Below the pieces are notes generated by a model. The model had not been told where the DNA came from and searched no databases. It was given only the letters and a program-made list of their open reading frames with translations. Positions 9,388 through 19,254 of a stretch of DNA of 64,000 bases are shown here, in pieces (positions within the stretch are counted from its first letter, which is position 1; each line of letters opens with the position of its first letter). The stretch is taken from positions 45,064 through 109,063 of the IMG/VR virus record IMGVR_UViG_3300020463_000009. One strand, given 5' to 3'. The DNA is from a virus. The translations under genes and the position numbers were made by a program.

Positions 9388-11015
9388 GTACAGACGCATA
9401 TCTAGGAAATCCAAATCTAAAAAAAGTAAATACACCTGTTGAATTTACTAAAGAACAGATTATAGAATATCAAAAATGTGGTAAAGACCCTATTTACTTT
9501 ATGAAAAATTATATAAGGATAGTTTCTCTTGATGAAGGACTTATTCCTTTTAAGATGTATAAGTTTCAAGAACACATTGTTAATACAATTCACGATAATA
9601 GATTTACCATATGTAAATTACCTAGACAATCAGGTAAATCAACAACGGTTGTATCTTACTTATTACATTATGCATTATTTAATCCTAATTCTAACATTGC
9701 AATATTGGCCAATAAATCTACAACTGCTAGAGATATATTAAGTAGAGTACAATTAGCATATGAAAATTTACCGAAATGGTTACAACAAGGTGTAATTAAC
9801 TGGAACAAAGGTAATATAGAATTAGAAAATAAATCAACTATTGTGGCGGCTGCAACTTCTTCAAGTGCAATTCGAGGTGGTTCTTATAATATTATTTTTC
9901 TTGATGAGTTTGCTTTCGTACCTGCTAATATTGCCGAAATGTTTTTTAGCTCTGTTTATCCTACAATATCTTCTGGTACAAAAACAAAACTAGTTATAGT
10001 ATCTACACCTTATGGTATGAATCAATTTTATAAGTTATGGTCAGACGCAGAAAATGGTAGAAACGATTATATACCTATTGACGTGCATTGGTCAGAGGTA
10101 CCAGGTCGTGATGAAAAGTGGAAAGAAGATACAATTAGAAACACCTCACCTGAGCAGTTTCAACAAGAGTTTGAATGTGAATTTTTAGGTTCAGTAAACA
10201 CATTAATTAGTCCTGCTAAAATTAAAAATATAGTATTTAAAACACCTATAAAATCAAATGCAGGTATAGATGTTTATGAAGACCCTATAAAAGATAGAAC
10301 ATATGTTTGTTGTGTTGACGTAGCTAGAGGTGTTAATAAAGATTACTCTGCTTTTGTTATAATAGATGTATCTCAAATGCCTTATAAGGTAGTTTGTAAA
10401 TATAGAAGTAATGATGTAAAACCTATTTTATTTCCTCACACAATTGATAGAGTATGTAAGGCATATAATCACGCACACATTTTAGTAGAAACAAATGACC
10501 TTGGCCAACAAATAGCAGAAGCATTACAATTTGAATTAGAATACGATAATTTATTAATGACAACACAAAGAGGTCGTGCTGGTCAAATACTAGGTGCCGG
10601 ATTTAGTGGCAGAGGTTCTGGTTTTGGTGTAAGAATGACTAAACAAATTAAAAAAATAGGTTGTTCTAACATTAAAACATTAATAGAAAGTGATAAGATT
10701 TTAGTAAACGATTTTAACATTATAGAAGAAATGTCAACCTTTATTAAAAAAGGTCAGAGTTGGATGGCCGAAGAAGGCTGTACAGACGATTTAATGATGT
10801 GTCTAGTAGTCTTTGGTTGGTTATCTAATCAACCATTTTTTAAAGAAATGACCGATACTAATGCTAGGCAACAACTATATGAAGAACAACAAAATTTAAT
10901 TGAGCAAGATATGTCGCCTTTTGGTTTCGTAGATGATGGCTTTCCAGACCACGAAAAACCTGAAGTTGACGAATATGGTACGGTTTGGCACCCGGTAGTA
11001 CGCAAAGGTCAGTAG
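9384..11015 (+). CDS. gp17: terminase large subunit gp17
   Basis: PRQSGKST Walker A, IFLDEFAF Walker B, VSTPYG, nuclease DVARG..DYS. Confidence 0.97.
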   Translation: MSTDAYLGNPNLKKVNTPVEFTKEQIIEYQKCGKDPIYFMKNYIRIVSLDEGLIPFKMYKFQEHIVNTIHDNRFTICKLPRQSGKSTTVVSYLLHYALFNPNSNIAILANKSTTARDILSRVQLAYENLPKWLQQGVINWNKGNIELENKSTIVAAATSSSAIRGGSYNIIFLDEFAFVPANIAEMFFSSVYPTISSGTKTKLVIVSTPYGMNQFYKLWSDAENGRNDYIPIDVHWSEVPGRDEKWKEDTIRNTSPEQFQQEFECEFLGSVNTLISPAKIKNIVFKTPIKSNAGIDVYEDPIKDRTYVCCVDVARGVNKDYSAFVIIDVSQMPYKVVCKYRSNDVKPILFPHTIDRVCKAYNHAHILVETNDLGQQIAEALQFELEYDNLLMTTQRGRAGQILGAGFSGRGSGFGVRMTKQIKKIGCSNIKTLIESDKILVNDFNIIEEMSTFIKKGQSWMAEEGCTDDLMMCLVVFGWLSNQPFFKEMTDTNARQQLYEEQQNLIEQDMSPFGFVDDGFPDHEKPEVDEYGTVWHPVVRKGQ

Positions 11016-11028
11016 AAACCTAGCTTAT

Positions 11029-11036
11029 TATAAATA
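11029..11036 (+). promoter_or_regulatory. T4-type late promoter TATAAATA
   Basis: Exact consensus upstream of gp18. Confidence 0.85.
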
Positions 11037-11139
11037 TCAGTAGAGTATGAAATTTGACTATGGGCGTATGAATAATACGACTTTTGAAAGATATGAGTAA
11101 AAATAATTTGCAAATTAAGATAAAAAAGGAGAAACCCTA

Positions 11140-13059
11140 ATGGCATTTCAAGTATCACCAGGTGTTCTCGTACAGGAAAAAGACTTAACAAGAATCATAC
11201 CTGCTGTTTCGACTTCAATCGGAGCCTTCGCTGGAACTTTCAGAAAAGGACCATTGGATGAAGTAGTAAGTATTTCTAGTGAGCAAGAACTTGTAGCAAC
11301 TTTTGGTAAACCGGATAACGATAATTTCGAAGACTTTTTTTCGGCTGCTAACTTTCTACAATATTCTAATGCTTTAAGAGTTGTACGTGTACAGAATTCA
11401 TCTGTCTCAAACGCTACTGAATCAGGTTCAGCGTTTGTAATAAAAAATACTACTGATTATACTAATAGCTATGCCGCTGGTCAAGCTTCTGTTGGAATGT
11501 GGGCTGCTAGAACAGCTGGCGCATTTGGAAATTCTTTACAGATTTCCTCTTGTCCATCTGCTACTGCCTATGAAGAAGTTAACAAAACTACCGTTGCTGA
11601 CGCCGCTATGGCTGTTGGTGACACGGTTGTTACCGTTACCTCATCCTCAGGAATTACAGCAGGCGATATAGTTAATTTTGGTGACAATTTTGAATACAGA
11701 GTAATTAGCGTTGCTACTAACGATTTAAATATTGTTAGAAAAGAGGAACCTATGTACTTTGGAACGTCTGATTCTTCAGGTTTACACGAAGCACCAACAA
11801 ACGGTGCTCAAGTAAGACGAAGATGGAAATATTACGACCAATTTGATAGAGCGCCAGGAACTTCACCATATGCACAAGCAAAAGGTGGAACTAATGACGA
11901 ACTTCACATAATCGTGATTGACGAAGATGGTGAAATTACAGGAACTAAAGGCGAAATTTTAGAAAAATTTGAAGCAACTTCAAAAGCTTCAGACGCTAAA
12001 ACAGCTCAAGGTTCTGTAAATTACTATCCAGATGTTTTATACAAATCTTCAAACTACGTTTACTGGATGGACCACAATCCATCAGGTTCTAACTGGGGCT
12101 CTGCTGCTTCAGGAACAACGTTTACAGATGTAACCTCTGTATCTAATGTATCACTACAAAGTGGTTCAAACGGAACAGCGGCAACAACTGGCCAAACAAA
12201 AACAGCATATGAAAAATTTGCTGATGGCGAAACGGTTGATGTAGGATTAATCATAGCAGGTAAAGGTGACGCTACACATATCGGTAACCTAATCACGATT
12301 GCAGAAAACAGAAAAGACTCTGTTGTATTTGCAAGTCCTGAAAGGTCTGATGTTGTAGGTATCGCTGACGCAAATACACAAAAGACTAATGTTGTATCAT
12401 TCTTTAATACGATACAATCATCTTCTTACATTGTATTTGATAGCGGTTACAAATACGGTTACGACAGATATAATGACGTATATCGTTTTGTTCCTTTAAA
12501 CGGAGATATCGCAGGTTTGGCAGCAAGAACTGACCTTATCGCAGACGCTTGGTTCTCACCAGCAGGTCTGAATAGAGGTATAGTTAGAGGCGCAGTTAAA
12601 CTAGCATTTAATCCAACTAAAGCTCAAAGAGACGAATTGTACAGAGCAAGAGTAAATCCTGTGGCAACTTTCCCAGGACAAGGTACGGTTCTTTTCGGTG
12701 ACAAAACTGGATTAACAGCTCCGAGTGCTTTTGATAGAATCAACGTAAGACGATTGTTTATCACTTTAGAGAAGGCGATAGCAACTGCTTCTAAATTCCA
12801 ACTTTTTGAATTCAATGATGAATTTACAAGAGCTAACTTTAGAAACATTGTAGAACCTTTTTTAAGAGAAGTACAAGGTAGACGAGGTATCACAGACTTT
12901 TTAGTTGTTTGTGATGAAACTAATAACACAGGCGAAGTAATTGATAGAAATGAATTTATAGCAGAAATCTTTGTGAAACCTGCTAGAAGTATCAACTTTA
13001 TCACATTACAATTTATCGCTACTAGAACTGGCGTCTCATTTGACGAAGTTGCTGGTTAA
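11140..13059 (+). CDS. gp18: tail sheath protein gp18
   Basis: SPGVLVQEKD, WFSPAGLNRG, FDRINVRRLF, FEFNDEFTR. Confidence 0.97.
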   Translation: MAFQVSPGVLVQEKDLTRIIPAVSTSIGAFAGTFRKGPLDEVVSISSEQELVATFGKPDNDNFEDFFSAANFLQYSNALRVVRVQNSSVSNATESGSAFVIKNTTDYTNSYAAGQASVGMWAARTAGAFGNSLQISSCPSATAYEEVNKTTVADAAMAVGDTVVTVTSSSGITAGDIVNFGDNFEYRVISVATNDLNIVRKEEPMYFGTSDSSGLHEAPTNGAQVRRRWKYYDQFDRAPGTSPYAQAKGGTNDELHIIVIDEDGEITGTKGEILEKFEATSKASDAKTAQGSVNYYPDVLYKSSNYVYWMDHNPSGSNWGSAASGTTFTDVTSVSNVSLQSGSNGTAATTGQTKTAYEKFADGETVDVGLIIAGKGDATHIGNLITIAENRKDSVVFASPERSDVVGIADANTQKTNVVSFFNTIQSSSYIVFDSGYKYGYDRYNDVYRFVPLNGDIAGLAARTDLIADAWFSPAGLNRGIVRGAVKLAFNPTKAQRDELYRARVNPVATFPGQGTVLFGDKTGLTAPSAFDRINVRRLFITLEKAIATASKFQLFEFNDEFTRANFRNIVEPFLREVQGRRGITDFLVVCDETNNTGEVIDRNEFIAEIFVKPARSINFITLQFIATRTGVSFDEVAG

Positions 13060-13081
13060 GAAAGGCTAAGGAGAAAATAAA

Positions 13082-13609
13082 ATGGCAAACATAAATGACT
13101 TCAAAGCTAAACTTGCAGGCGGCGGCGCAAGAGCCAATCAGTTTAAGGTTACAATGCCTTTTCCTGGTTACGCACAGGTTGGTGGCGAAATAGAGGAACT
13201 AGCATTCTTATGTAAGGGCACTCAACTTCCGGCAATGACAATACCGTCATTTACGGTTCCGTTCAGAGGCAGACAAATTAAGATTGCTGGTGATAGAACA
13301 TACGCTGATTGGACAATCACGGTACTAAACGATACAAACTTCAAATTAAGAAACGCATTTGAAAGATGGTCGAATGGTATTAACAATGCAACAGATGGTG
13401 AAGGATTAACAAATCCTGCTGACTATCAAGTTGACGCATTTGTTGACCAATTGGATAGAAACGGTGCAACTATTAAGTCGTACACTTTACGAGGTGCTTT
13501 CCCGACTGAAATAGCTGCAATTGACTTGGCATACGACACCAATGACGCTGTTGAAGAGTTTGGTGTTACCTTTGCTTATCAATATTTTGAAAGTAATACT
13601 ACTACATAA
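13082..13609 (+). CDS. gp19: tail tube protein gp19
   Basis: GGGARANQF, PFRGRQIKIAGDRTY..WTIT. Confidence 0.95.
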   Translation: MANINDFKAKLAGGGARANQFKVTMPFPGYAQVGGEIEELAFLCKGTQLPAMTIPSFTVPFRGRQIKIAGDRTYADWTITVLNDTNFKLRNAFERWSNGINNATDGEGLTNPADYQVDAFVDQLDRNGATIKSYTLRGAFPTEIAAIDLAYDTNDAVEEFGVTFAYQYFESNTTT

Positions 13610-13616
13610 TAAGTAG

Positions 13617-13624
13617 TATAAATA
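13617..13624 (+). promoter_or_regulatory. T4-type late promoter TATAAATA
   Basis: Exact consensus upstream of gp20. Confidence 0.85.
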
Positions 13625-13652
13625 TTAGTAATATAAAAAGTAAGGATATATA

Positions 13653-15176
13653 ATGGCACAATTATTTGGATTTTCTATCACTAGGGTTAAACAACCCCAG
13701 GATCCAAAACAAAGCTTTACTACACCACAAGCGGAAGACGGTACACAAACCGTCGCCGCTGGTGGTTATTTTGGCCAGTACCTTGATATGGAAGGTACTG
13801 CTAAAAATGAGCAGGAACTTATTAGAAGATATAGAGAGATTGCATTACACCCCGAGTGTGATATGGCAATTGAAGATATTGTTAACGAGGCTATCGTTGC
13901 TAATGAGTTGAAAGACGCAGTTAAGCTTGACTTGGATAATGTAGAATATGGAAAAGAAATCAAAGGCAAAATAGATAACGAATTTAAAGAAATATTGAGG
14001 TTGATGAACTTCAATACTAGAGGTCACGATTTATTTAGAAGATGGTATGTTGATGGCAGAATCTATTATCATAAAATTATAGATAGAGATTCACCAGTAA
14101 AAGGTATAACTGAATTAAGATATATCGACCCTAGAAAAATTAAAAAAATTAGAGAAATTAGAAAGAAAAGACCTGATGGTGCTACACCATATGGTCTTAC
14201 GGTTGTTGATGAGTTTGAAGAATACTTTATCTACAACGAGAAAGGTGTATCTAATACTACTTCAGGTGGTATTAAGATTGCTCCAGACGCAATATCATTT
14301 TGTCCGTCTGGTATAATTGACCAAAATAAAAATTTGGTTTTATCTTATTTACATAAGGCAATTAAACCTGTAAATCAGTTGCGTATGATTGAAGACGCTT
14401 CTGTTATTTACAGAATAGCAAGAGCACCTGAAAGAAGAATATTTAAAATTGATGTTGGTAATTTACCTAAAGTAAAAGCTGAACAATATCTACGTGATGT
14501 TATGGCAAGATATAGAAATAAACTTGTCTATGACGCAAGCACAGGTGAAATCAAAGACGATAGAAACTATATGTCTATGTTGGAAGATTTCTGGTTGCCA
14601 AGTAGAGAAGGTGGTAGAGGTACACAAATTGATACTTTACCAGGTGGTGCTAATTTAGGAGAAATTGCAGACATAGAATATTTTAGAGCGAAGTTATATC
14701 GTTCTTTAAATGTTCCTGTAAGTAGATTAGAGTCTTCTTCAGGATTTAATTTAGGTCGTTCTACTGAAATAACAAGAGACGAATTGAAATTTACTAAATT
14801 TGTTCAAAGATTAAGAAAGAAATTTACTGAACTCTTTAACGATTTATTAAGAACACAATTAGTCTTAAAAGGTGTTATTGCTGAAGAAGAATGGCATAAT
14901 TTAAGAGATAGAATTCAATATAGTTTTTTACAAGATGGACACTTTGCAGAATTGAAAGAGTCAGAAATGTTAATGGAAAGATTGAGATTGGCAGATTCAA
15001 TGAGAGACTATGTTGGTAAATACTATTCTGTTGAATTTATCAGAAAACAAGTATTAAGACAAACTGATAAAGAAATACAGGATATTGACAAACAAATTAG
15101 AACAGAAATTGATGACGGTATAATATCAGTACCAACAGGCTTTGGTGGTGATGACTTTACTAGAGAAATCAAATAA
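13653..15176 (+). CDS. gp20: portal protein gp20
   Basis: RRWYVDGR, YRIARAPERRIF, EDFWLPSREGGRGT, ITRDELKF. Confidence 0.97.
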   Translation: MAQLFGFSITRVKQPQDPKQSFTTPQAEDGTQTVAAGGYFGQYLDMEGTAKNEQELIRRYREIALHPECDMAIEDIVNEAIVANELKDAVKLDLDNVEYGKEIKGKIDNEFKEILRLMNFNTRGHDLFRRWYVDGRIYYHKIIDRDSPVKGITELRYIDPRKIKKIREIRKKRPDGATPYGLTVVDEFEEYFIYNEKGVSNTTSGGIKIAPDAISFCPSGIIDQNKNLVLSYLHKAIKPVNQLRMIEDASVIYRIARAPERRIFKIDVGNLPKVKAEQYLRDVMARYRNKLVYDASTGEIKDDRNYMSMLEDFWLPSREGGRGTQIDTLPGGANLGEIADIEYFRAKLYRSLNVPVSRLESSSGFNLGRSTEITRDELKFTKFVQRLRKKFTELFNDLLRTQLVLKGVIAEEEWHNLRDRIQYSFLQDGHFAELKESEMLMERLRLADSMRDYVGKYYSVEFIRKQVLRQTDKEIQDIDKQIRTEIDDGIISVPTGFGGDDFTREIK

Positions 15177-15188
15177 CGGAGATAAATT

Positions 15189-15506
15189 ATGACGGAAAAA
15201 ATTAAAGATTTTGTGGACAAATTATCCACAGGAGATAATGCTGGCGCAGGCGAAGCTTTTAAAAATGCTTTAAGAGATAAGGTTGCTTCTAGTTTAGATA
15301 GTCAAAGGCAAGACATTGCAAGTAGAATATTTGCAGATGTTCAACCTGAAGCACATAGCGACCCTAAACCGGCGGTTACTGAACCTAGCGAAAAAACTGA
15401 CCAAATTATTGACACTAGTGGACAAGAAATAAAGTTTACGCCAAATACAGAGGCGCCAACGGCAGAGGCACCAGCGACAAATGATGAGAGTCAGCCAAGC
15501 AATTAA
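15189..15506 (+). CDS. putative prohead core protein (gp67-like position)
   Basis: Small acidic ORF directly after the portal; synteny only. Confidence 0.5.
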   Translation: MTEKIKDFVDKLSTGDNAGAGEAFKNALRDKVASSLDSQRQDIASRIFADVQPEAHSDPKPAVTEPSEKTDQIIDTSGQEIKFTPNTEAPTAEAPATNDESQPSN

Positions 15507-15711
15507 ACAAGACATTGTTGACTCTTCAACATTTAAAGAATTGCCACCTTTACACAAAGATGTGGTAACAGATTTTTATAATACGGTTGATTATGATAAT
15601 GATGATATTGTTAAAGAAGTAGAAACTACAATAGACAAGGTTTCAGTTAAGTATAATGTAAATACAGATGTAATGTATAATTACATAGATAAGGAAATAG
15701 GACTAGAATAA
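15481..15711 (+). CDS. hypothetical protein
   Basis: 76 aa ORF coupled to its neighbours. Confidence 0.6.
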   Translation: MMRVSQAIKQDIVDSSTFKELPPLHKDVVTDFYNTVDYDNDDIVKEVETTIDKVSVKYNVNTDVMYNYIDKEIGLE

Positions 15712-16520
15712 TGGCATATGTAGTAGTACCAGGTTCAAACGATACGTTAGAATACGATAACGCAGCCACAGCTTCGTTATATACTGATTCTGCCGTAGGT
15801 GCTAACTCGGTTATTTCTAGTGGTATAAGAACATATACTAAACCAGGAACTAGTGATACGGTACAAACATATATTAGAACTAGAATGAAAGGTGCAATAA
15901 ACCTTCAAACTCGTTCAGACGATTTTAATAGTTGGTCAAATAAAGGTCAAATTACTTTAACAACTGGACAAGAAGACCCTAATGGTAATACAACTGCTAC
16001 AAATATAAAAGATGATGGTGATGGTAATGAAAACAATAGACTTGTTTGGGAAAATGGAATACTACCAACTGGTTCTACAACTTACACACAATCTTGTTAT
16101 GTAAAAAGTAATCAAAATAATTTATTTCAATTATCTTTTAGAGGTGCTTCAACTAACGTATCCTCAGCAGTTTTTAATTTAGATACTGGCGTTGTAGCAC
16201 ACACATATAATTCAGGTAATAATACACTAGGCCAAACATCAATACACGCTTTAGACAATGGTTGGTTTAGATGTAGATTAACTGCTACTTTAGGAACTTT
16301 AGGTGATGGAAGAGTTTCATTTGGACCTATTGATGAAACTGGTAATTTATCAAATTTTGGTTATGCAAGATATGTAGGAAATGGAAATACAGGTTGTGAT
16401 ATATGGGGTTATATGGTAAGTGAGGGTGCAAATTTAAGAAAATATATTAGAACAACTGCTTCAGCTTCATCAACAATTGAAACTGGTGAGTTGTCAAAAA
16501 CTTATTATGATGGTCAATAA
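15711..16520 (+). CDS. putative head-associated protein with jelly-roll/CBM-like domain
   Basis: NLQTRSDDFNSW..DPNGNTTAT..YTQSCYVK..FNLDTG..NGWFRC..IWG..EG..YIRTT pattern typical of phage spike/fibre carbohydrate-binding-like domains. Confidence 0.55.
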   Translation: MAYVVVPGSNDTLEYDNAATASLYTDSAVGANSVISSGIRTYTKPGTSDTVQTYIRTRMKGAINLQTRSDDFNSWSNKGQITLTTGQEDPNGNTTATNIKDDGDGNENNRLVWENGILPTGSTTYTQSCYVKSNQNNLFQLSFRGASTNVSSAVFNLDTGVVAHTYNSGNNTLGQTSIHALDNGWFRCRLTATLGTLGDGRVSFGPIDETGNLSNFGYARYVGNGNTGCDIWGYMVSEGANLRKYIRTTASASSTIETGELSKTYYDGQ

Positions 16521-16909
16521 TGACAATACTTTGGTTTGATAATACTGATACTGAATCAAAGTCAATTGTTCATAAGGTTGACGATAACTTTAAAGTTATA
16601 ACAAACATTAAAGGTATTCAATCTGATGGTGGTATGGTAGTTGATGTTTCTAAATTAACAAACGCAACTAGTGAACCTAAAATTAGTATTGCAAATGTTA
16701 ATTATGAAATATTTGGAACAGGTAACGTTAAACTGACACTAGGTAAACAAGAATTGAATATTAGTGGTAGAGGTAATTATGGATTAAAACCAACTGAAGC
16801 AAAGTTGGTTGATGAGGCAGAGCAGAGTGTACAAATATTAGCAGACTCTACGGTGCCAAAATTTAATATAAGTTTAGAGTGTCATAAAGAATCAGGATTT
16901 GAGGTATAA
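16520..16909 (+). CDS. hypothetical protein (paralogue of next ORF)
   Basis: VDVSKL/IANVNYEI/SGRGNY align with IDASEV/LAKIWYSI/GGNGYW of 16913..17305. Confidence 0.6.
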   Translation: MTILWFDNTDTESKSIVHKVDDNFKVITNIKGIQSDGGMVVDVSKLTNATSEPKISIANVNYEIFGTGNVKLTLGKQELNISGRGNYGLKPTEAKLVDEAEQSVQILADSTVPKFNISLECHKESGFEV

Positions 16910-16912
16910 CAA

Positions 16913-17305
16913 ATGGCAGATACGGTAACAACACAAACAATAGCAGATACAACAGGCGTAAAGTTTGTTGTTAAGATGACTAATTTTTCAGATGGCACAG
17001 GCGAGAATTTAGTAAATAAAATAGACGCTTCAGAGGTTACATTTATGACCGAAGACGCAAATAGAAAACTAGCTAAGATTTGGTACTCAATAAATTCAGC
17101 TAACCCTAAATCAGCAGTAGAGTTGATATGGGCAGGTGGTACTAATGCAACTATGGTTATATTAGGTGGTAATGGGTATTGGGATTTAAGAACAGCTGGA
17201 AACGAAGTAATTAACACTGCTACAACACCAACAGGTGATGTACTATTATCTACAAAAAATTTTGCTTTAGGCGATAATTACACAATAATTGCAGAATTCA
17301 GGTAA
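16913..17305 (+). CDS. hypothetical putative virion protein
   Basis: 130 aa beta-rich ORF in the head operon, GAGG RBS. Confidence 0.65.
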   Translation: MADTVTTQTIADTTGVKFVVKMTNFSDGTGENLVNKIDASEVTFMTEDANRKLAKIWYSINSANPKSAVELIWAGGTNATMVILGGNGYWDLRTAGNEVINTATTPTGDVLLSTKNFALGDNYTIIAEFR

Positions 17306-17312
17306 TAATTGT

Positions 17313-17320
17313 TATAAATA
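17313..17320 (+). promoter_or_regulatory. T4-type late promoter TATAAATA
   Basis: Exact consensus upstream of gp21. Confidence 0.85.
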
Positions 17321-17339
17321 TAGGTAGAGAGAGACAAAA

Positions 17340-17984
17340 ATGAAACTAATATCGGAAGAAATTTCACAAGCAGAATATATTGTGGAAGAAAAGAATGGTA
17401 AGAAAGACTACAAGATACGTGGTGTTTTCTTACAATCAGATATAAAAAACAGAAACGGAAGAATATATGAGAATGATATTCTTGCGAAAGAAGTAAACCG
17501 ATATAACAGAGAATTTATCCAAAAAAATCGTGCATTTGGTGAACTTGGCCATCCTGATGGTCCAGTTGTTAATTTAGAGAGAGTATCACATATGGTAACC
17601 GCTCTAACACCTGATGGTAAAAATTTTATGGGTGAAGCCAAGATTATGAACACACCATACGGTAAGATTGTAAAAAATCTTATAGATGAAGGCGCTCAAT
17701 TAGGAGTATCTTCAAGAGGTATGGGTTCCTTGGTTCAAAAGAACGGTAGTAATTACGTAGGAAAAGATTTCTATTTAGCTACAGCCGCTGACATTGTTGC
17801 AGACCCAAGCGCTCCAGACGCTTTCGTAGAAGGTATTATGGAAAATAAAGAGTGGGTATGGGACAATGGTGTAATAAAACAAAGAGATATTGAAGAATAT
17901 AAAGAGCATATACAGAAAGCAAAGGCAATCAAATTAGCAGAGGCTAAGGCGGAAGTCTTTAAATCCTTTCTTAAAAAGCTCTAA
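17340..17984 (+). CDS. gp21: prohead protease gp21
   Basis: NRNGRIY, GELGHP, GVSSRGMGS, DIVADPSAPDA. Confidence 0.97.
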   Translation: MKLISEEISQAEYIVEEKNGKKDYKIRGVFLQSDIKNRNGRIYENDILAKEVNRYNREFIQKNRAFGELGHPDGPVVNLERVSHMVTALTPDGKNFMGEAKIMNTPYGKIVKNLIDEGAQLGVSSRGMGSLVQKNGSNYVGKDFYLATAADIVADPSAPDAFVEGIMENKEWVWDNGVIKQRDIEEYKEHIQKAKAIKLAEAKAEVFKSFLKKL

Positions 17985-17987
17985 TAT

Positions 17988-17995
17988 TATAAATA
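17988..17995 (+). promoter_or_regulatory. T4-type late promoter TATAAATA
   Basis: Exact consensus upstream of gp22. Confidence 0.85.
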
Positions 17996-18043
17996 TCAAT
18001 AGAAAAGAAAATAAACGTTTATTTTTAATAAGGAGATTTCTAA

Positions 18044-19228
18044 ATGGCCGAGACAGACAATAAAGTAGAGGCTTTGGAAAAAGAAGCGGTAGTAGAAGCT
18101 AGTGCTAACCCACAAGCTGACGCTCCGAAGAAGAATGCTGTACCGGCTGAACCTTCAAAAATGTCCAACGAGGCAGAAGATTTAGGTCCAGCGGTTGTAA
18201 AACCTACAGATTCTAATCCAGACGCTACGAAAAAAACTAAACAAGTTTCTGGCGATGCTCAACAAAAATCTGCTGGTCCTGCTGACGCAATGCCAAAGAT
18301 TAAAGAAGAGTCGGAAGAAACTAACGAAGGTTCGGAAGAAATCAAAGAAGGCGAAATGCCAAAAGCAGCTCTTGACGCTCTTAAAAAACATAATGATAAG
18401 AAAGAAGACAAGTCCGAGAAATCAGAATCAGATGAGAAAAAATCTGAAAAAGAAGGATACGGAATGAAGTCAGCTTCTTACAAAATGAAAAAAGAGGAAG
18501 TTGATGAGCATATGGACGCATTAGTAGCTGGACAAGATGATTTATCCGAAGAATTTAAAACAAAAGCTGCAACCGTTTTTGAATCAGCAGTCAATTCTAA
18601 AGTAAAAGAAATTGCTGAAACAATGGATGCAGATTACAACACGAAATTAGAGCAAGAAAGTGGAAAAGCAAAAGAAGAGTTAACTGAAAAAGTTGATTCT
18701 TACTTGTCTTACGTTGTTGAAGAGTGGATGAAAGAAAACGAAATCGCTCTTGAACGAGGAATTAAAGGCGAGATTGCTGAAGACTTTATTACAGGTCTTA
18801 AAAAACTTTTCTCTGAACATTATATTGATGTTCCAGATGAGAAGTATGACGTTTTAGAAGCGCAAGCAGCTAAAATTGAAGAACTGAATAAAAAGTTAAA
18901 CGAGCAAATTGAATCGAATGTTGAACTAAACAAAGACAACGCAGAGAAAACTAAAAACGAAGTTTTAGCTGATGTTGCTAATGATTTAGCAGACACTCAA
19001 AAAGAAAAATTTGCTAAACTTGCTGAAGAAATTGAATACTCAAACGCAGAAGACTTTAAGAAAAAGTGTGAGACTATTAAAGAATCATATTTTGGACAAA
19101 AGAAAGAAGCGACTGAGTCTTTAGATGATGTGGCGGCTGATGGTGAACTTTCAAACGAAGATTTATCAAAAGCAATGGCTGCTTACACTGCCGCTATAAG
19201 CAAAACAAAAGATATTAAAATATCTTAA
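18044..19228 (+). CDS. gp22: prohead core scaffold gp22
   Basis: LSEEFKTKAATVFESAV, VDSYLSYVVEEWM; lies between gp21 and gp23. Confidence 0.93.
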   Translation: MAETDNKVEALEKEAVVEASANPQADAPKKNAVPAEPSKMSNEAEDLGPAVVKPTDSNPDATKKTKQVSGDAQQKSAGPADAMPKIKEESEETNEGSEEIKEGEMPKAALDALKKHNDKKEDKSEKSESDEKKSEKEGYGMKSASYKMKKEEVDEHMDALVAGQDDLSEEFKTKAATVFESAVNSKVKEIAETMDADYNTKLEQESGKAKEELTEKVDSYLSYVVEEWMKENEIALERGIKGEIAEDFITGLKKLFSEHYIDVPDEKYDVLEAQAAKIEELNKKLNEQIESNVELNKDNAEKTKNEVLADVANDLADTQKEKFAKLAEEIEYSNAEDFKKKCETIKESYFGQKKEATESLDDVAADGELSNEDLSKAMAAYTAAISKTKDIKIS

Positions 19229-19254
19229 TTCAAGGGAAAAGGGAGAAAAATACA

